A model generated the notes under the pieces. That model ran no database searches. It was given only the letters and a program-made list of their open reading frames with translations, and had not been told where the DNA came from. From the NCBI GenBank assembly GCA_963677435.1, contig OY781945.1, forward strand, positions 672,001 through 736,000: a stretch of DNA of 64,000 nucleotides, in the 5' to 3' direction. This DNA comes from an uncultured Aliarcobacter sp. (GTDB lineage: Bacteria > Campylobacterota > Campylobacteria > Campylobacterales > Arcobacteraceae). Positions within the stretch are counted from its first letter, which is position 1. Each line of letters begins with the position of its first letter. The translations under genes were made by a program, and so were the position numbers. Below are positions 63,526-64,000 of the stretch, one piece after another.

Positions 63526-64000
63526 TTATAATCTCAAACTCAAGCCAACCCTCTGTTTCTCCAAATCAATACTAATAACTTTAATATTTTTCAACTGTTG
63601 ATTTATGCTTAAAACATCCATTGGATGTGAGATTCTTTTTTCGCTTATTTGCGAGATGTGAATTAAGCCATCATTTTTTAGGCCAATATCTACAAAAGCT
63701 CCGAAGTCTGTGATGTTTCTTACAACTCCACTTATTATGAAACCTTCTTTTAGGTCTTCTATTGTTTTTATATCTTTTGAAAACTCTACTGTGTCAAATT
63801 TACTTCTTACATCGTAACCTGGTTTTAGCAGTTCTGCGATTATATCTTTTAGAAGTAAAATAGGGCAGTTTAGCTCTTTTGAAATTTCTTCAATTTGATT
63901 ATCTTTTATTTCTTCTATTTTGTATTTTTTTTGTAGCTTTTCAACTACATCGTAGTTTTCTGGATGAATAGCTGTATTATCTAAGATACTTTTTCCATCT
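63526..64000 (-). CDS. tex: Tex family RNA-binding protein, C-terminal part (truncated by window edge; absent from the ORF track)
   Basis: Manual translation gives LDNTAIHPENY, KPGYDVR and the S1 domain GVVRNITDFGAFVDIGLKNDGLIHIS...QRVGLSLRL-stop. Confidence 0.93.
   Translation of the reverse strand, partial: DGKSILDNTAIHPENYDVVEKLQKKYKIEEIKDNQIEEISKELNCPILLLKDIIAELLKPGYDVRSKFDTVEFSKDIKTIEDLKEGFIISGVVRNITDFGAFVDIGLKNDGLIHISQISEKRISHPMDVLSINQQLKNIKVISIDLEKQRVGLSLRL

Noticed and set aside
1..64000. CRISPR arrays, tRNA/rRNA genes, transposases, prophage genes
   Set aside because: No regularly spaced repeats, cloverleaf-like segments or matching ORFs were seen; the intergenic gaps are short and were read individually.

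Overview
AT-rich (roughly 27% GC by eye) chromosomal window from a Campylobacterota bacterium, most consistent with Arcobacteraceae. This is inferred from the pheST-aroA-ispH-rpsA-serA-efp order, the diheme cytochrome c1, stand-alone atpB and addA, and a PutA with no RHH domain. About 1-37 kb is core housekeeping: translation, fatty-acid synthesis, queuosine/Moco synthesis, the bc1 complex and amino-acid biosynthesis. About 37-61 kb is an amino-acid handling cluster: three EamA exporters, a LIV-type ABC importer with PutA, an FMN glutamate-synthase-like protein, an MCP, a PLP aminotransferase/AraC pair, a polar amino-acid ABC system, MarC, LysE, Nudix and RidA. The window ends with a PAS-GGDEF-EAL gene, a long palindromic repeat, an orphan ORF and the 3' end of tex. 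I saw no rRNA, tRNA, CRISPR array, transposase or phage genes. Best candidates for undescribed biology: (i) a Cys-rich 114-aa upstream ORF ending in GVHPP, followed by a terminator-like hairpin, in front of metE (possible leader-peptide attenuator); (ii) a stand-alone ribbon-helix-helix gene coupled to an apparently inactivated nuclease-fold gene at the head of the LIV-putA operon; (iii) several GC-rich structured intergenic elements (before putA, before ispH, and before the MCP); (iv) an EamA gene that appears to need an ATA start codon. All calls come from reading the sequence; no searches were run.
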